From Carpediemonas membranifera BICM (Eukaryota > Protista > Fornicata), in NCBI GenBank assembly GCA_019828565.1, contig JAHDYR010000033.1:1-64000 (forward strand): a stretch of DNA of 64,000 nucleotides, given 5' to 3'. Positions 13,191 to 25,940 of the stretch are shown piece after piece (position 1 is the first letter of the stretch; the number at the start of each line of letters is the position of its first letter). Under the pieces are notes generated by a model. That model was not told the origin of the DNA. It made no database searches and worked only from the letters and a program-made list of their open reading frames with translations. A program made the position numbers and the translations under genes.

Positions 13191-13496
13191 ACAATTTGCA
13201 AAGTGGCTTTAATACTCTCGGTGGGGGGGAGGGGTAGTGTCGCAATACCGTATTAATATTTATATATTTTATGGGTGTCGTCTTGGTCCTACTTGGTCCG
13301 AGACGACACCAGTGTGTCGAAATAAATTAGCGCATCGTTACAACAGGGGCAGCATTCCTGCCGAGGATTACATTGATGCCCACGGGCTACGCCCGATCGT
13401 GGGAGAAGCGGGATGTTGTGGCCCCACATCATTTGATTGATCCTTTAAACTGCTTCCGTTCTTTATCCTTCGTAACCTTACCAAGGCAACAGTACC

Positions 13497-13687
13497 TCTC
13501 CGACTTCATGCCGGGGCTCTCGCTCAAGGTGCTTCGGACGTTCAATGCATGCGTGGTGCTCGACCGGCTACTGTGAAAGACGCCGAAGGGACTCTTTGGA
13601 CAGGAGGTGATGCTCAAGGCACACTACACCGAGGCCAACAAGGAGGTCGCAGTGATGTGTAACCACCAGAAGTCGGTCAACAAGGGC
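13497..13687 (+). pseudogene. TOP1: DNA topoisomerase IB, fragment 2
   Basis: LSDFMPGLSLKVLRTFNACVVLDRLL*KTPK...YTEANKEVAVMCNHQKSVNKG (catalytic Arg and His motifs). In-frame TGA at 13574-13576. Confidence 0.93.
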
Positions 13688-13830
13688 TGTCAGCGCGGCA
13701 CTTCAATCAAATATTTATTTGATTGATGATCCGATCCGATCCCCGGGCAGGGTCCCGAATCGTCTTTTTGTTTTGCTTGTAAAGCTTCACCCCCCGTTTC
13801 GTCTGCGAAACGAACAGTATTAATACTAGT

Positions 13831-16800
13831 TTGATGCAGAACGTTCCTGTGCCGGTTCCTAAACTAGCACTACAAGAATTGAGCCCAAAGACCTGGGCCA
13901 ACTTCAAGAGAACGATGATCCAGTTCAAAATCTTCTACCCCGCAGCCACATACGCTGCCTTCCTAGACGCTGAACTCCAAGGTGCCCTAGAGGTCCAGCA
14001 CAACGTTTCGCTGGCCTCCCAGTCCGACGACGACGTAATCCGCTGGGTTAACCAGCTCTTGGCGCCCCGAGACCCTCAAGACCTCCGCCTCCGTCTGGAG
14101 GCCGTGAAGTGCCAGGTGGATGCGAACCACGCCGTGTCGCGCGCCAACCTTATCCGAGCTTATGCTCGTGCGTTTACAGATGTCCTGGGCTCTGCGGAGT
14201 TCATGGCCACCCCGCCAGCTACCCCTGAGGCGGACGAATCCATCCTCGCCGGGAACACTGACGGCACCGAACCAGAGCCCCCGGCCGATACCACCGTTCC
14301 GGCCGCCAGCGAGACCACGTCGGCCTCTCGGGCTCATCAGCGCATCTTTGCGCAGGGCTTGAGGCCCGCCGCCTTCAGAGATGCCGTTGACTATGCCCAA
14401 CGTGTAGAACGTCCGTCCTCTCTGCAGGACCTCATCCAGCTAACTCTCAAGATCGCGGACGAAGATGACGAGGCCCGCGAGAAGGCCCAGCGCTTCGGAT
14501 ACTACGCGGGTCGGGGCCATGCCCCCACTGGGCCGCAGCGTCAGGGCCCCATAACCCCCTATCGTCCCAAGCCGCTGACCGGACCCAACCCGGGCCGCCA
14601 GGATCAGCCGCGGAATAATCCCGACCAGAGACGCCAGACCTTCGCCCAGCCACGCGAATCCCCTGGAAATTTCAGGGCTCCCGATTATCGCGCAGGCCGC
14701 AGAGCATGGAACCGAGAGAATGGATCCCTTCGCCCCGCCAGAGGCAACACCGCTCGCCAAAGTGCCCCTCGCGTGGTGAACACCCTCGATAATGGAGAAC
14801 AGGTCGAAGATCATGAGGTTTTCCTCTTAGACGGTGATACCTCCGCGTCCACGGGACCTCTTACCGTGGAAGCCGCGATCGGTGACATTTCTATGCGCGC
14901 CATCATCGATACCGGTGCTTCCGTCACGTGTATCACCGAGCCTCTCGCGCACATGCTTCTTGAGGCCAAGAGCGCCAAACTCGTCGCCCGAGAGCCCATC
15001 ACGGCCACCCCGGCCTTCGGCAGTACCCTATCTGTGGATGAGTTCATCGAGACCTCCCTCACTGCCACCCTAGTCGGTAGCCCGGTCCACACCACGATCA
15101 TCGCCGCCGTCATTCCCGGACAATCTCAGAAGGTTCTGATTGGGACCGACACGCTACGGAGCCTGGGAGTCCTGTGTAAGGACGAGCTATTCCTGAAGCT
15201 CAGCGCCCAGCCCGACAACCCCAAGGATGACGATATCCCGCTACCTGTGTTCTCCATCGCTCCAGCCACCGAGGACCCGCTATCGCTCATTCAGATCCCG
15301 AACGACGACCTCCGCCCGGAGATAGTTGAGCTCGTGAATCAATACGCCGAGCTCTTCAGCGATATTCCCCCAGAGGGCGCCAATGTGCCGCCGATGCACA
15401 TCCCCATCGCGGAAGATGCCCCTCTAGTCCAGTCTGCACCGCGCCGTCTTGCCCCGCAGGCCAGAGACGCAGTCGATGCTGAATGCGAGCGCCTCCTTCA
15501 GGCCGGCATCATCGAGCCGAGCCAAGGCCCTTGGGCCAGCCCCATTGTTGTGGTCGGAAAGAAGGACGGACGCATGAGACTGTGCGTTGATTACACGCAG
15601 ATCAACCGCCTGACGCCGCCAGACAACTTCCCGCTACCTAACATCCGGGAGTTCCTTCGCGCAGCCGCAGGCTGCACGGTGTTTGCCTCGCTAGACCTCA
15701 AGCAAGGCTATCACCAGGCCCCACTTCGAGAGGAAGACCGTCCGCTGTCAGCCTTTGTCACACCCGACGGATACTTCCAGTACCGCCGGGTCCCCTTCGG
15801 CCTCACCCGTGCCCCGTCCTATTTCCAACGCATCATGCAAACAGTACTAGCACCCGTGCTCCACCGTGGCGTGGAAGTATACCTAGACGACGTCCTCATC
15901 TATGCTAGGTCTCCCAAGGAATTCATGACGATCCTTGGCTGCGTCTTCGAGCTCCTCCGGAAGGCCCGCCTCCGCCTCGGAGCCGCCAAATGCACGCTCG
16001 GTGCCTCAGAGATCACTTCTGTTGGGTTCATCATGGACAAACAGGGCATCAGAGTGACCGAAGACCGCATCAAGGCTCTCACGGAGCTCCGTAGCCCTTG
16101 CAACCTGAAGGAGCTGCGCATGGTGCTGGGTAAGTTCAACTATGTGGCCCGACACCTCCCCCAAGCTCAGAAACACCTCGCGACGCTGTCGGAGCTCTTG
16201 GCTGGCGTCCCCGCAAAGGCAGGCTCCAAGAACCGCAGCAAGACGGTCACCATCACCTGGGAGGCTCGCCACGAGCATGCCCTCACCTGCCTTAAAGAGC
16301 AGGTCCGCTCCCGGGTCACCCTGGCCTATCCCGACCTGTCGAAGGAGTGGCATCTGTTCACCGACGCCTCAACGCAGGGAGTAGGCGGTGTACTTATCCA
16401 AGGCCGACCCGACGCGCCGGACGCTGAAGTAGTGGCATTCTTCGCCAAGAGCTTCACGACCACACAGAAGGCATGGTCCACATATGAGCAGGAGTTATAT
16501 GGAATCCTACACGCCCTCTCCTCCTCCGAGTTGACGCCGCTCCTGAAGTGCCATCCCAAGCTCCACGTCCACACCGATCACCGTAACCTGGTATTTATCC
16601 GGAAGAAGTACCCTCAGAACGCGAAGATCGCTCGCTGGCGCATTACGATGAACGAATTCACGTTTACTCTCGAACATGTCGCTGGCGAGGCTAACACGGT
16701 AGCAGACGCCCTATCTCGTGTCCTCCCCGACCTCAACGTCGACACTGTCTACGCTGTGCACGTGAACGGGAGAGGCGAGGACTTCGTCATGATCGACCCA

Positions 16801-17968
16801 CAAGCTGAGCTCACCAAGGTGCACAACACCGCGGTTGGTCATGTGGGCCCCCCCGAGATGATACGCCGTCTGCGAAAGGCGGGCGTCCAGTGGCCCGGCA
16901 TGTGGGAGGATGCCCGAGCTTTCTTCACAACGTGCACCGAGTGCCAGCGTGTCCGCCCAGGCCAGCGCTTGCCGGTCCCCCAACACCCAGACCTGCGGAC
17001 AATACCCTTCCAGTCCGTCCAGGTCGACACCCTGGGCCCGTTTGCCCAGGACGAACACGGCCAGAAGTACGTCGTCGTGATCGTAGACGCGTTCTCTCGA
17101 CACGTTTCTCTATTCCCGACGCACACTACGTCAGCAAAAGACGCCGCCGACGCAATCTACAAGTTCTGCGCCGCGTTCGGCGTGCCGGAGTTCATACAGA
17201 CGGACCAAGGCTCGCAGTACAAGAACAGTTTAATCGAAGAGCTCACAAGAAGCCTCACGATCGAACACCGCTTCTCTACGCCGTACCACCCCCAAGCAAA
17301 CGGAAAGGTCGAACGCATGAATGCTGAGATCGCCCGTCACATGAGGACGCTCGTAGATGAACACGAAGCCGCTTGGAGCGACATGCTCCCGCAAGTGGCC
17401 CTCATACTCAACTCGCGAGTACACCCCGTGACCCATCAGTCCCCGTTGACCCTCCTCTTTGGTCACGACGGCTTCCACAAGGATACTCAGAGTCGGGAGG
17501 AGCGCTACACACGAGCCAGGAACTCTGTCTCCCGCGACCATGCCAAGAAGCTCGGCCGTGTTGCGTCCACGACCTACCGAGCTTATACCAGCGGGAGCCT
17601 CGTACTGCTGGCCCCCATCAAGCCGATGAAGCTGGCCATGAAGTGGCGCGGCCCGTTCCGCGTCATACAGGAGGGGAAGGTCAAGGGATCGGTCATCATT
17701 CAGTCCCTCACCGACGACGCCGACCAGTTCACCGTCGCGTCAGAGCGCCTCCGGCCTTTCCACCGCCGCCGAGGCCAGTCACTCGCAGAACTTCGGGCAC
17801 TCGTAGCCCGCCAAGACCGTGAGTTCGAGGTCGAGTCCGTCAAGGACCTCGACATGAAGGGTCGCCGTCTCCGTGTCCGCTGGAAGGGTTATGAGCCCGA
17901 GGAGGACTCCTGGATCCCGCTAAACCAGGAGAACTACCGCCTGCAAGCCCTGGACGCCTATCTACTGG
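13831..17968 (+). CDS. Element C single-ORF gag-pol with chromodomain (tail resumes at 39736 to about 39837)
   Basis: Uninterrupted ORF of about 1380 aa: IIDTGAS, LDLKQGYHQ, YLDD, TDASTQGVGGVL, HNTAVGH...CTEC, QTDQGSQY, RGPF, RVRWKGYEPEEDSW. Confidence 0.95.
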
Positions 17969-18626
17969 TGTGGTTCGTTTGACGAACTATGTTTACAAGA
18001 GGAGAAGACTCGACACAATGGTGTCGAGGAGAAACTCCTTGACTAACTAATATCATATATAAATCTGTGTAATCTTGGGTGAGACCCATGACACTGCCCC
18101 TCCATGCCTCAATGAGGCATGACCCCAGACAGCGTGAGCTTTGACGGCTGGCTACTGCCAGTGGGGGTGAATGTTGGCTCTTGGGGGCCGGTCCTGGTGG
18201 GTGCCAACCACCGATCGAGCCCCTTTTTTGCGACCTTGGCGGGGACACAACAAGAAGCACAACGACGTGCAAAAATAGCACAGCTTACAATCGCGCGGTA
18301 CCGCTGGGTTAGAAGGATCCTACCATAGGGGTTCTGCCCCTCCTCGGCTTTTCCTCGCCGAAAATCGAAATGTGACGTACCTTAAAATGCTTGGGTGCAG
18401 GTTATTACCATCCAAGCACAACGATGGTGAAACACCGCCCCTTTCCAACTGTTTGCGCCATTAATCAGGTTGGTGCTGAAAATGGCATTTTCAGGCCTCA
18501 ACGAGGCCTCTACGGCGAGATACGAGCCTTTTTCTTTGCAGCGTGAATTCACACCACGACTACGCTCAGATAGAGCTACTAAACGACTAAACAACATCAA
18601 GACAACAATAAAGAGATCATAACTCC

Positions 18627-19781
18627 ATGTTTGAGCGGCTTTCCATTCGGGATTGGGATGTTTCATTTTGCACCAATCTTGGTGCAAATGGTGACAGAAC
18701 ATTTGGGGGGAATTGGCGCGGTTGCTGCAGCTAGTAGCTTCTGAGGAATCTGATGATCCTCGAATGCGTTCTCTGCAGCGCCGTTGTGCAACATTGGGCT
18801 CCGACATCCAAAATCTGCGATCGTCACGCGTAGCGCCGGGCAACAGGAGGCGCAAGAGGCTTGTGCGCCGTCCCGTGTGTCACTTAGAGCCCGCTTCGTC
18901 GGTAGACGAGAGCTCGAACGATGACAGCGAAGAAGACGAATCGCCGACTTCTTCGGACGATGCCCCGGGGAATGACAGCTCCCCAACGCTGCCAGACGGC
19001 CAGCCCGAAGCCAACCAGCCTGCTGACGTGACTACTACGGTTCGCCAGCTCTCCCACGCCTCAGGAACGGACGTTTCGGACTTGAACCGGCTGGTCCATC
19101 GGCTGTTGGGCGAGCACGCCCATTCGATTGCTCTAACACTCACCCCGCTTATGAATTCTCTCCGTGAACAGCGGTTCGAGCGTGAGTTCTCCCTCGAAGA
19201 CGTCGAACGCCAACTTAAGGGTGTTTCTTGTGCGCGTCGCGTGTTGCTCGATCTTCAGGCCTTCATGAAACTTGCCCAGGCACTACCTGAACTGGACCTG
19301 CATCGCGCCGCCACTTGGCACCATGAGATGGACGCTATCCGACGCAAGCTCCCTGGTAGGGGTGACAAGTCCCTCTGCCACCTCCTGGCCTTAGCCGTCT
19401 TCCCGGGAGTCTATGGTTTTGCTTCAAGAGGCTTGCTACCGGTCCTCTGATATACCGGAGATGGAGAAGCGATTCCGCTTGGTCATGCGGGTATTCAAAG
19501 CCCATCCACAGTGGGTACCGGTACTCATGACTACGGGCGACGGAGGGCTCCAGTTCACTGATGAGCTCCGTACTTATCGACTGGAACGAGTTGTTGGCAG
19601 TCGCAATGGCCCGGGTGGTCGACTCCTCACGTTGAAATGGGAAGACTACAGGTTTGTGACACGGTCGTACCCGACGCCGGAGTTGCTAGAATTGCCTGAA
19701 GTGGTAGCGCACCTTGCTCGTCACGGGGTTGAACCGCGCAGTACTGGACCTGCCTTCGCTGGTCGGGGCCGCCGACTCTAA
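18627..19781 (+). CDS. Antisense accessory ORF of element D with C-terminal chromodomain-like region (frameshifted)
   Basis: Overlapping ORFs 18713-19450 and 19413-19781 between pol and the 3' LTR. End reads YRLERVVGSRNGPGGRLLTLKWEDY...ELPEVVAHL. Start at 18627 assumes a frameshift in a G run. Confidence 0.55.
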
Positions 19782-19824
19782 CAACTAATCAACAATAAAT
19801 CAGGCGAGATGAGAATAGGAGGGT

Positions 19825-22533
19825 TTACAACCCTTCCGACTTGGCCTGAGCAGACGACAAGAAGTCATCCAGAGCAGCAGCGTCTCTAAGGGAGCGGTAT
19901 GGCTCCCAGGTAGCCTCGGAGTCTTCAAATCCTTGCCAATGGACAAGGTACTCTCTCTTTGAGACCGAGCCCGTGCCACGCGACTTGGATATCCGGTCGA
20001 TATACCACTCCTCCACGCCGGCGGCCGCCACCTGCTTGATCTGTTCCTCTGATAGGGTGCCGGGGACGAACTTTCTGACGCGAGACGCATCGACCCGGAT
20101 GGGTTCCGCTCCGGGCTGACCTAAGTCTTTCACCATGTAGGCTACTACAACACCGCTCTGCTTGACAGACGACACTCGTCGCATAGGCCCTCTCCAGCCC
20201 GGGGAAAGCTTGTTTGGAGGGCGCGAGGGATATTTCACGAGCACAAACCGTGACAAGATCTCCGTGCGGGTGGTGGAGGCCTTCGCCAACGCGTCTTCGC
20301 GCATGGCCAGGACACGTGCCTTGGCCAATTGTGTAGCGGCTTCGGCAGCGAGGAGATGCGACGTACGAGCTGCTGCCGTGCTGTTCTCGGTAACGTATAA
20401 CTTCTCCGGCACCGCCATGTTGCTCCCGAACAGTATCTCGGCGGGGGGAAAGGCGTGTTGGTTGTCTTGGCATGGAATTGACAATAAACTGCGCAACCGG
20501 TAAATGCTGACGCCAATTGCCGTTTCTGAGCTCAAACTTCCTTGCCTTGAGCACTCTCTCGACCATCTGGTTAGCTCTCTCAACCATTCCGTTGGACTGA
20601 GGGTGATGCGCGGTGGTAACGTGTGTCTCGAACCCCATGTCCTGTGCCAGCTTCTTCATGAGAGCGTTATTGAACTCGGGACCTCCGTCAGACTGCAGCA
20701 CTCGTGGGCAACCGTAACGCAGCACCCATGTGTTGACGAAGGCATCCACGGCATCGCGTGCGGTGGTAGACTTGACGGGGGCTAGCTCCGTCCACCTGGA
20801 ACACATGTCTATCATGACTTGGACGTATTTGTAGCCGTCACGCTCCGGGAGCGGACCTAGAGTATCGATTGCCACCCGCTGGAACGGTGCATCCACAGCC
20901 GTGTGTAGACCGTCTGTTTTTTTCAACAGGCGGTCTCTCCAAGACCTGGCAGACAGGGCACTTGGCGACGTAGTCGTAAACGTCACGGCGAGTAACTGAA
21001 ACACCGGCTTCCCGCAAACGTTCCATGGTTAACCGTCCGGAGAGGTGGGCGTTACCGAACAGGTGGGCTTTGCTGATCTCATCAACTGACGCTAGCGAGA
21101 ATACGCGCGACAGACCGTCGGCTCCCCCGTTGTCTAAACCGGCCACGTGCTTCAATTCGAAATCTAGGTCTGCAATAGAATCGGCCCATCTACGCACCTT
21201 AGCGTTACTCGACCTATACATGTACAAGAGGTTGCGATGGTCGGTCAGGAGCTCGAATCTCTCCCAGGACAAGAACTTCCTCCACTTCTGAAGGGCTGAC
21301 ACAATCGCAAAGGCTTCCTTCTCGCCGACACTCCATCTGGATTGGACGTCTGTGAAGGCTTTGGACATATAACACACGGGGCGACCCTCCTGCAGGAGGA
21401 CAGCCCCGTACCCCACGTCGGATGCGTCAGTCATCACGACATGAGGTTTGGTCGCGTCGAACATCGCCAAAGAATCTGCCGAGCACAAGGCTTCTTTGAT
21501 ATCCGCTAGGGCAGCCTCTAGCTCTTTCTCTGGCACGGCCGTACGGTTAGTCGTTGCAGACACGAGTGGTTTGGCGCGGGTCGCGTAGTTCGGCACGAAG
21601 TCGCGGAAGTAGTTAAAGAATCCGACTAGACCTTGCATCCCCTTGACTGTAGGCGACAGCTTCATGTCTTGGATATCGTTGACTCTCTCTGGTGAGATCC
21701 TGACTGACCCCTCGGAGATGATCCAGCCGAGGAACTCCACCTCGGCCCGACCGAACTGACACTTGTCCCTTCCGAGCTGGAGCTTGTACTCACGGGCGCG
21801 CTGGAGGACCTTCCTCAGGTTCTCGATGTATTCCTCTGGCGTGGCACCCATGACGATCACGTCGTCGATGTAAATGATGCAGGCGGTCCCAAGTAGCCCT
21901 CTGAACGCGTTTTCCATCGCTCTCTGAAAGAAAGCACCGGCATTGCGAAGCCCAAAGGGCATCCGTGTATATTGGAACTGGCCGAAGGTAGTCCTGAACG
22001 CGGTATACTTCCGGCAACGCTCAGTAAGGGCGATCTGGTGGTAGCCGGCAGACAGATCGAGCGTTGCGAACACTCGCTTACCCGAAAGTTGTGTGATAAC
22101 TTCGTCAATTCGAGGGATGGGGTAATCAAATGGCTCTGTCATGGTGTTGACTTCACGAAAGTCGACGACAAAGCGAGTCTTGCCACCCTTCTTGGGTACG
22201 ATGATAGTTGGGCTGGAATAGGCCGATTGACACGCCTGTATATACCTCTTGGCCAGAAGGGTATCGATGTGTTCCTTGACAACCGGGACCTTTGGGGGCG
22301 GAACATAGTAGGGACGTACGTGGACGACTCGATCGCCCTTGAGGCATAGGTCGTAGGGCTCGAGCTTGCTCGGTTCAGTACGGTCACGGAAGAGGTCTCC
22401 GTACTCCTTGAGCAGCTTGATCTGCTGGCTCGCGATACCATCGGGGAGGGTAAGAGCCTTAGCTTCAAACTTGCTCGGGACGGGAGGATCGTCAGTTGCT
22501 TCGCTCTCCGAGTTGCTAGGCTGGGCCATTGAG
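19825..22533 (-). CDS. Element D pol: RT-RNaseH-integrase-chromodomain (2 frameshifts)
   Basis: LDLSAGYHQ, YIDD, TDASDVGYGAVL, HLFGNAH...CPVC, QSDGGPEF, WRGPM, YLVHWQGFEDSEATWEP. Confidence 0.93.
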
Positions 22534-23843
22534 CATGCAGTCAATTCTGGTACCTTTTCTGGAACAAATAGTTCCAGAATTGGTTCCAGAATGCCAGAAA
22601 AAATGGCATTTGCAAGAAAAACTAAACGCGTTCAAACAATTTAGCGACGCCTTGCCATGGGATGTAAAGCAATATGCAACTAATACTGGGCCCAAGGAAC
22701 GTTGATACGTACTGCTCTCATGAACTCACTCACTTTTCAGCAGAGCTCGACCAAAAACTAACAGAGGCTTGCCCGAGGTGTGCTTAAGCCAGCTCCAACT
22801 CTCTCTCAGTCTGTGACAGCTCCCCAAAAAAATTATTCTTGCTCAAAGTTGAGGTTTTCGGGAAATACTGCCAAAAAAGTTTGCTTCTGCTCAAGAACGG
22901 GGGATGCGCGTTGGATACCGACACCGTTACGTAACAGTTTAACATTCATTATAACAGCGCTAGCCTCCAGATTTCCTTGCGCACGCCTTTATCTGGAGAA
23001 AATAGCACAAACTTTCGCAAGCAAACGCAAATCGATAGAAAAATATGTTTCATGTCCAACGGAGCTAAAACTGAGCACAGTGTTATTCATCCTTCTATTC
23101 TACTAGTTTATCACTTCAAAAGGATCTGAACTTCAGTATTGATGGTGTTATAGGCACTGGTTCGGTTCGAGTCAAAACTGACTAAACTGTGACGACGGCT
23201 AGGTGTTGAAACATGCCATACTCACTCGTAGCGTGGCGCTTAATAGTGCCAGAATTGCTTCACTGCCACAAATCAATGGAGGTTCATGTTTGTGCATAAA
23301 GTACACAAACATGAGAAGACACGAATTCGTCACTGAATTAGAGACGATGCGCATAAGAATCAAAGATTTGGTTCAAATAGAGGAATACTACCTCTTTGCA
23401 GACGATATCGCGAAGGAATACCTTGATGTTGCGTCCATATACCTGATGAAGGCAATCCTACGTTCTCAGTGAGGCAACTAGCAAACATGAACCGTATCAA
23501 GAGACAAATATTGAAGCACTCCCCGTCCACATCATGTTTGATAAATTTTCTGGTGTCATTCTGCTGTTAATATCAGACAAGCAAACAACGTAGTGATGCG
23601 GAGAGACCGCGTGCTGCTAGAATACGCAGGGCATGATGCACCTGTTGATACCAGGAGCGCTGTCTGGTATGATGATTAATTGCAACGAACGCGATCACCG
23701 GAAATTACCTTACCTTACCTTACCTGCAGGTACCATGGGTGTTCGTTTTCGTCTCCAAACGCCATCGTGTAAGAGCATAAAGAGCATTTTCTGTTTACTG
23801 TGCCGTTGGGGGATTGATGGCGCTGGCGTAGGGGTGCTGTGTA

Positions 23844-24377
23844 GGCGCCAGGGATGAGGCGCCAGGATGAGGCGCCAGGGATGAGACGCCAGGGATGAGG
23901 GAGCCAAGATGAGGGCGCCAGGGATGAGGCGCCAGGGATGAGGCGCCAGGGATGAGGCGCCAGGATGAGGGAGCCAAGATGAGGGCGCCAGGGATGAGGC
24001 GCCAGGGATGAGGCGCCAGGGATGAGGGCGCCAGGGATGAGGCGCCAGGGATGAGGCGCCAGGGATGAGGCGCCAGGGATGAGGCGCCAGGGATGAGACG
24101 CCAGGGATGAGGCGCCAGGGATGAGACGCCAGGGATGAGACGCCAGGGATGAGACGCCAGGGATGAGGCGCCAGGGATGAGGCGCCAGGGATGAGGCGCC
24201 AGGGATGAGGCGCCAGGGATGAGGCGCCAGGATGAGGGAGCCAAGATGAGGCGCCAGGGATGAGGCGCCAGGGATGAGGCGCCAGGGATGAGGCGCCAGG
24301 GATGAGGCGCCAGGGATGAGGCGCCAGGGATGAGGCGCCAGGATGAGGGAGCCAAGATGAGGGCGCCAGGGATGAGG
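23844..24377. repeat. 14-bp minisatellite (GGCGCCAGGGATGA)n with a recurring GGATGAGGGAGCCAAGATGAG variant
   Basis: Read directly; shorter copy at 36377-36659. Confidence 0.95.
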
Positions 24378-24737
24378 AGTACAGTATTTGAACCCCGAAA
24401 ACGCCATATTACCAGCACCAATGAGCTTCATCAACGAAGATGCGCTCACTGGTGCCTGTTATGGCGTTTTCGGGGTCATCGACATTCTGCTCCCAAATCT
24501 GCACCTGTATTTTCGTGAGCATGCCCGGGAGCTGGGCCAGACGAGTGGTGCCACAGGGACTAAGCTCCGCTGCTCAGCCTCTGCCAGGCGACACTCGTCT
24601 GAATTCTGCACGAAAAAATTCAGACGACGAATGATGGGCAAAGGGCCGCGAAAACGCTGAAGTACCAGCGCAAGTAGAGCGGTTTGCAATAAAATAGCTT
24701 ACTTGCGCTGGTGCTGGCGTTTTCGGGGCCTGAATTG

Positions 24738-25940
24738 CCCCGGGCGCTCTCCAGGCTTCTCTCTCCCGGGCTCCTCTCTCCCGGGCGCTCTCCCGGGCTT
24801 CTCTCTCCCGCGCTCTTCTCCCCGGGCGCTCTCCCGGGCTTCTCTCTCCCGCGCTCCTCTCTCCCGGGCGCTCTCCCGGGCTTCTCTCTCCCGGGCTCTT
24901 CTCCCCCGGGCGCTCTCCCGGGCTCCTCTCTCCCGCGCTCTTCTCCCCCGGGCGCTCTCCCGGGCTCCTCTCTCCCGCGCTCTTCTCCCCCGGGCTCCTC
25001 TCCCCTGGGCTCCTCTCTCCCGGGCTCTTCTCCCCCGGGCGCTCTCCCGGGCTCCTCTCTCCCGCGCTCTTCTCCCCGGGCGCTCCCGGGCTTCTCTCCC
25101 GGGCTCTTCTCCCCGGGCGCTCTCCCGGGCTCCTCTCTCCGCGCTCTTCTCCCCGGGCTCCTCTCCTGAACTCCTCTCCCCGGGCTCTTCTCCCCGGGCG
25201 CTCCCGGGCTTCTCTCCCGGGCTCCTCTCTCCCCGAGAACTCTCGGGCTATCTCATCCCCGGGCTCCTCTCTCCCGGGCTCTTCTCCCCGGGCTCCTCTC
25301 CCGGGACTCATATCTCACGGGCTCTTCTCTCCCGGAGCTCTCCCGGGCTCTTCTCCCCGGGCTCCTCTCCCGGGCTCCTCTCTCCCGCGCTCTTCTCCCC
25401 CGGGCTCCTCTCCCCTGGGCTCCTCTCTCCCGCGCTCTTCTCCCCGAGGCTCCTCTCCATCTCCCGCTCTCCTCTCTCCCCGGGCTCTCTCCCCGGGCTT
25501 CTCTCCCCGGGCTCTTCTCCCCGGGCTCCTCTCTCCCGCGCTCTTCTCCCCCGGGCGCTCTCCCGGGCTCCTCTCTCCCGCGCTCTTCTCCCCCGGGCGC
25601 TCTCCCGGGCTCCTCTCTCCCGCGCTCTTCTCCCCCGGGCGCTCTCCCGGGCTCCTCTCTCCCGCGCTCTTCTCCCCCGGGCTCCTCTCCCCTGGGCTCC
25701 TCTCTCCCGCGCTCTTCTCCCCCGGGCGCTCTCCCGGGCTTCTCTCTCCCGGGCTCCTCTCTCCCGGGCGCTCTCCCGGGCTTCTCTCTCCCGGGCTCCT
25801 CTCTCCCGGGCGCTCTCCCGGGCTCCTCTCTCCCGCGCTCTTCTCCCCCGGGCTCCTCTCCCGGGCTCCTCTCTCCCGCGCTCTTCTCCCCCGGGCTCCT
25901 CTCCCCTGGGCTCCTGTCCCCAGCGCTGTTTCCCAGGCGC
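24738..25940. repeat. Pyrimidine-rich minisatellite of CTCTCTCCCGGG/CTCTTCTCCCCGGG variants
   Basis: Read directly; shorter copy at about 37021-37270. Confidence 0.95.

Larger units (their letters stand above)
8355..13345 (+). mobile_element. Ty3/Gypsy chromovirus B, nested in the chromodomain of A
   Basis: Identical 108-bp LTRs TGTCG...CAACA at 8355-8462 and 13238-13345; 4-bp TSD GGGG (8351-8354/13346-13349); G-rich PPT 13221-13237. Confidence 0.96.
3917..13491 (+). mobile_element. Ty3/Gypsy chromovirus A, inserted in TOP1
   Basis: Identical 78-bp LTRs TGTTG...CAACA at 3917-3994 and 13414-13491; 5-bp TSD GTACC (3912-3916/13492-13496); PPT GGGAGAAGCGGGA at 13401-13413; gag-PR-RT-RH-IN-chromodomain. 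Confidence 0.96.

Noticed and set aside
13574-13576. TGA in TOP1 as a recoded codon or alternative genetic code
   Set aside because: TGA terminates neighbouring genes (BLOS1, SmF, PDE); a nonsense mutation in a disrupted gene is simpler.
23844-24377. CRISPR-like array
   Set aside because: Tandem 14-bp units with no unique spacers, no cas genes, eukaryotic context.
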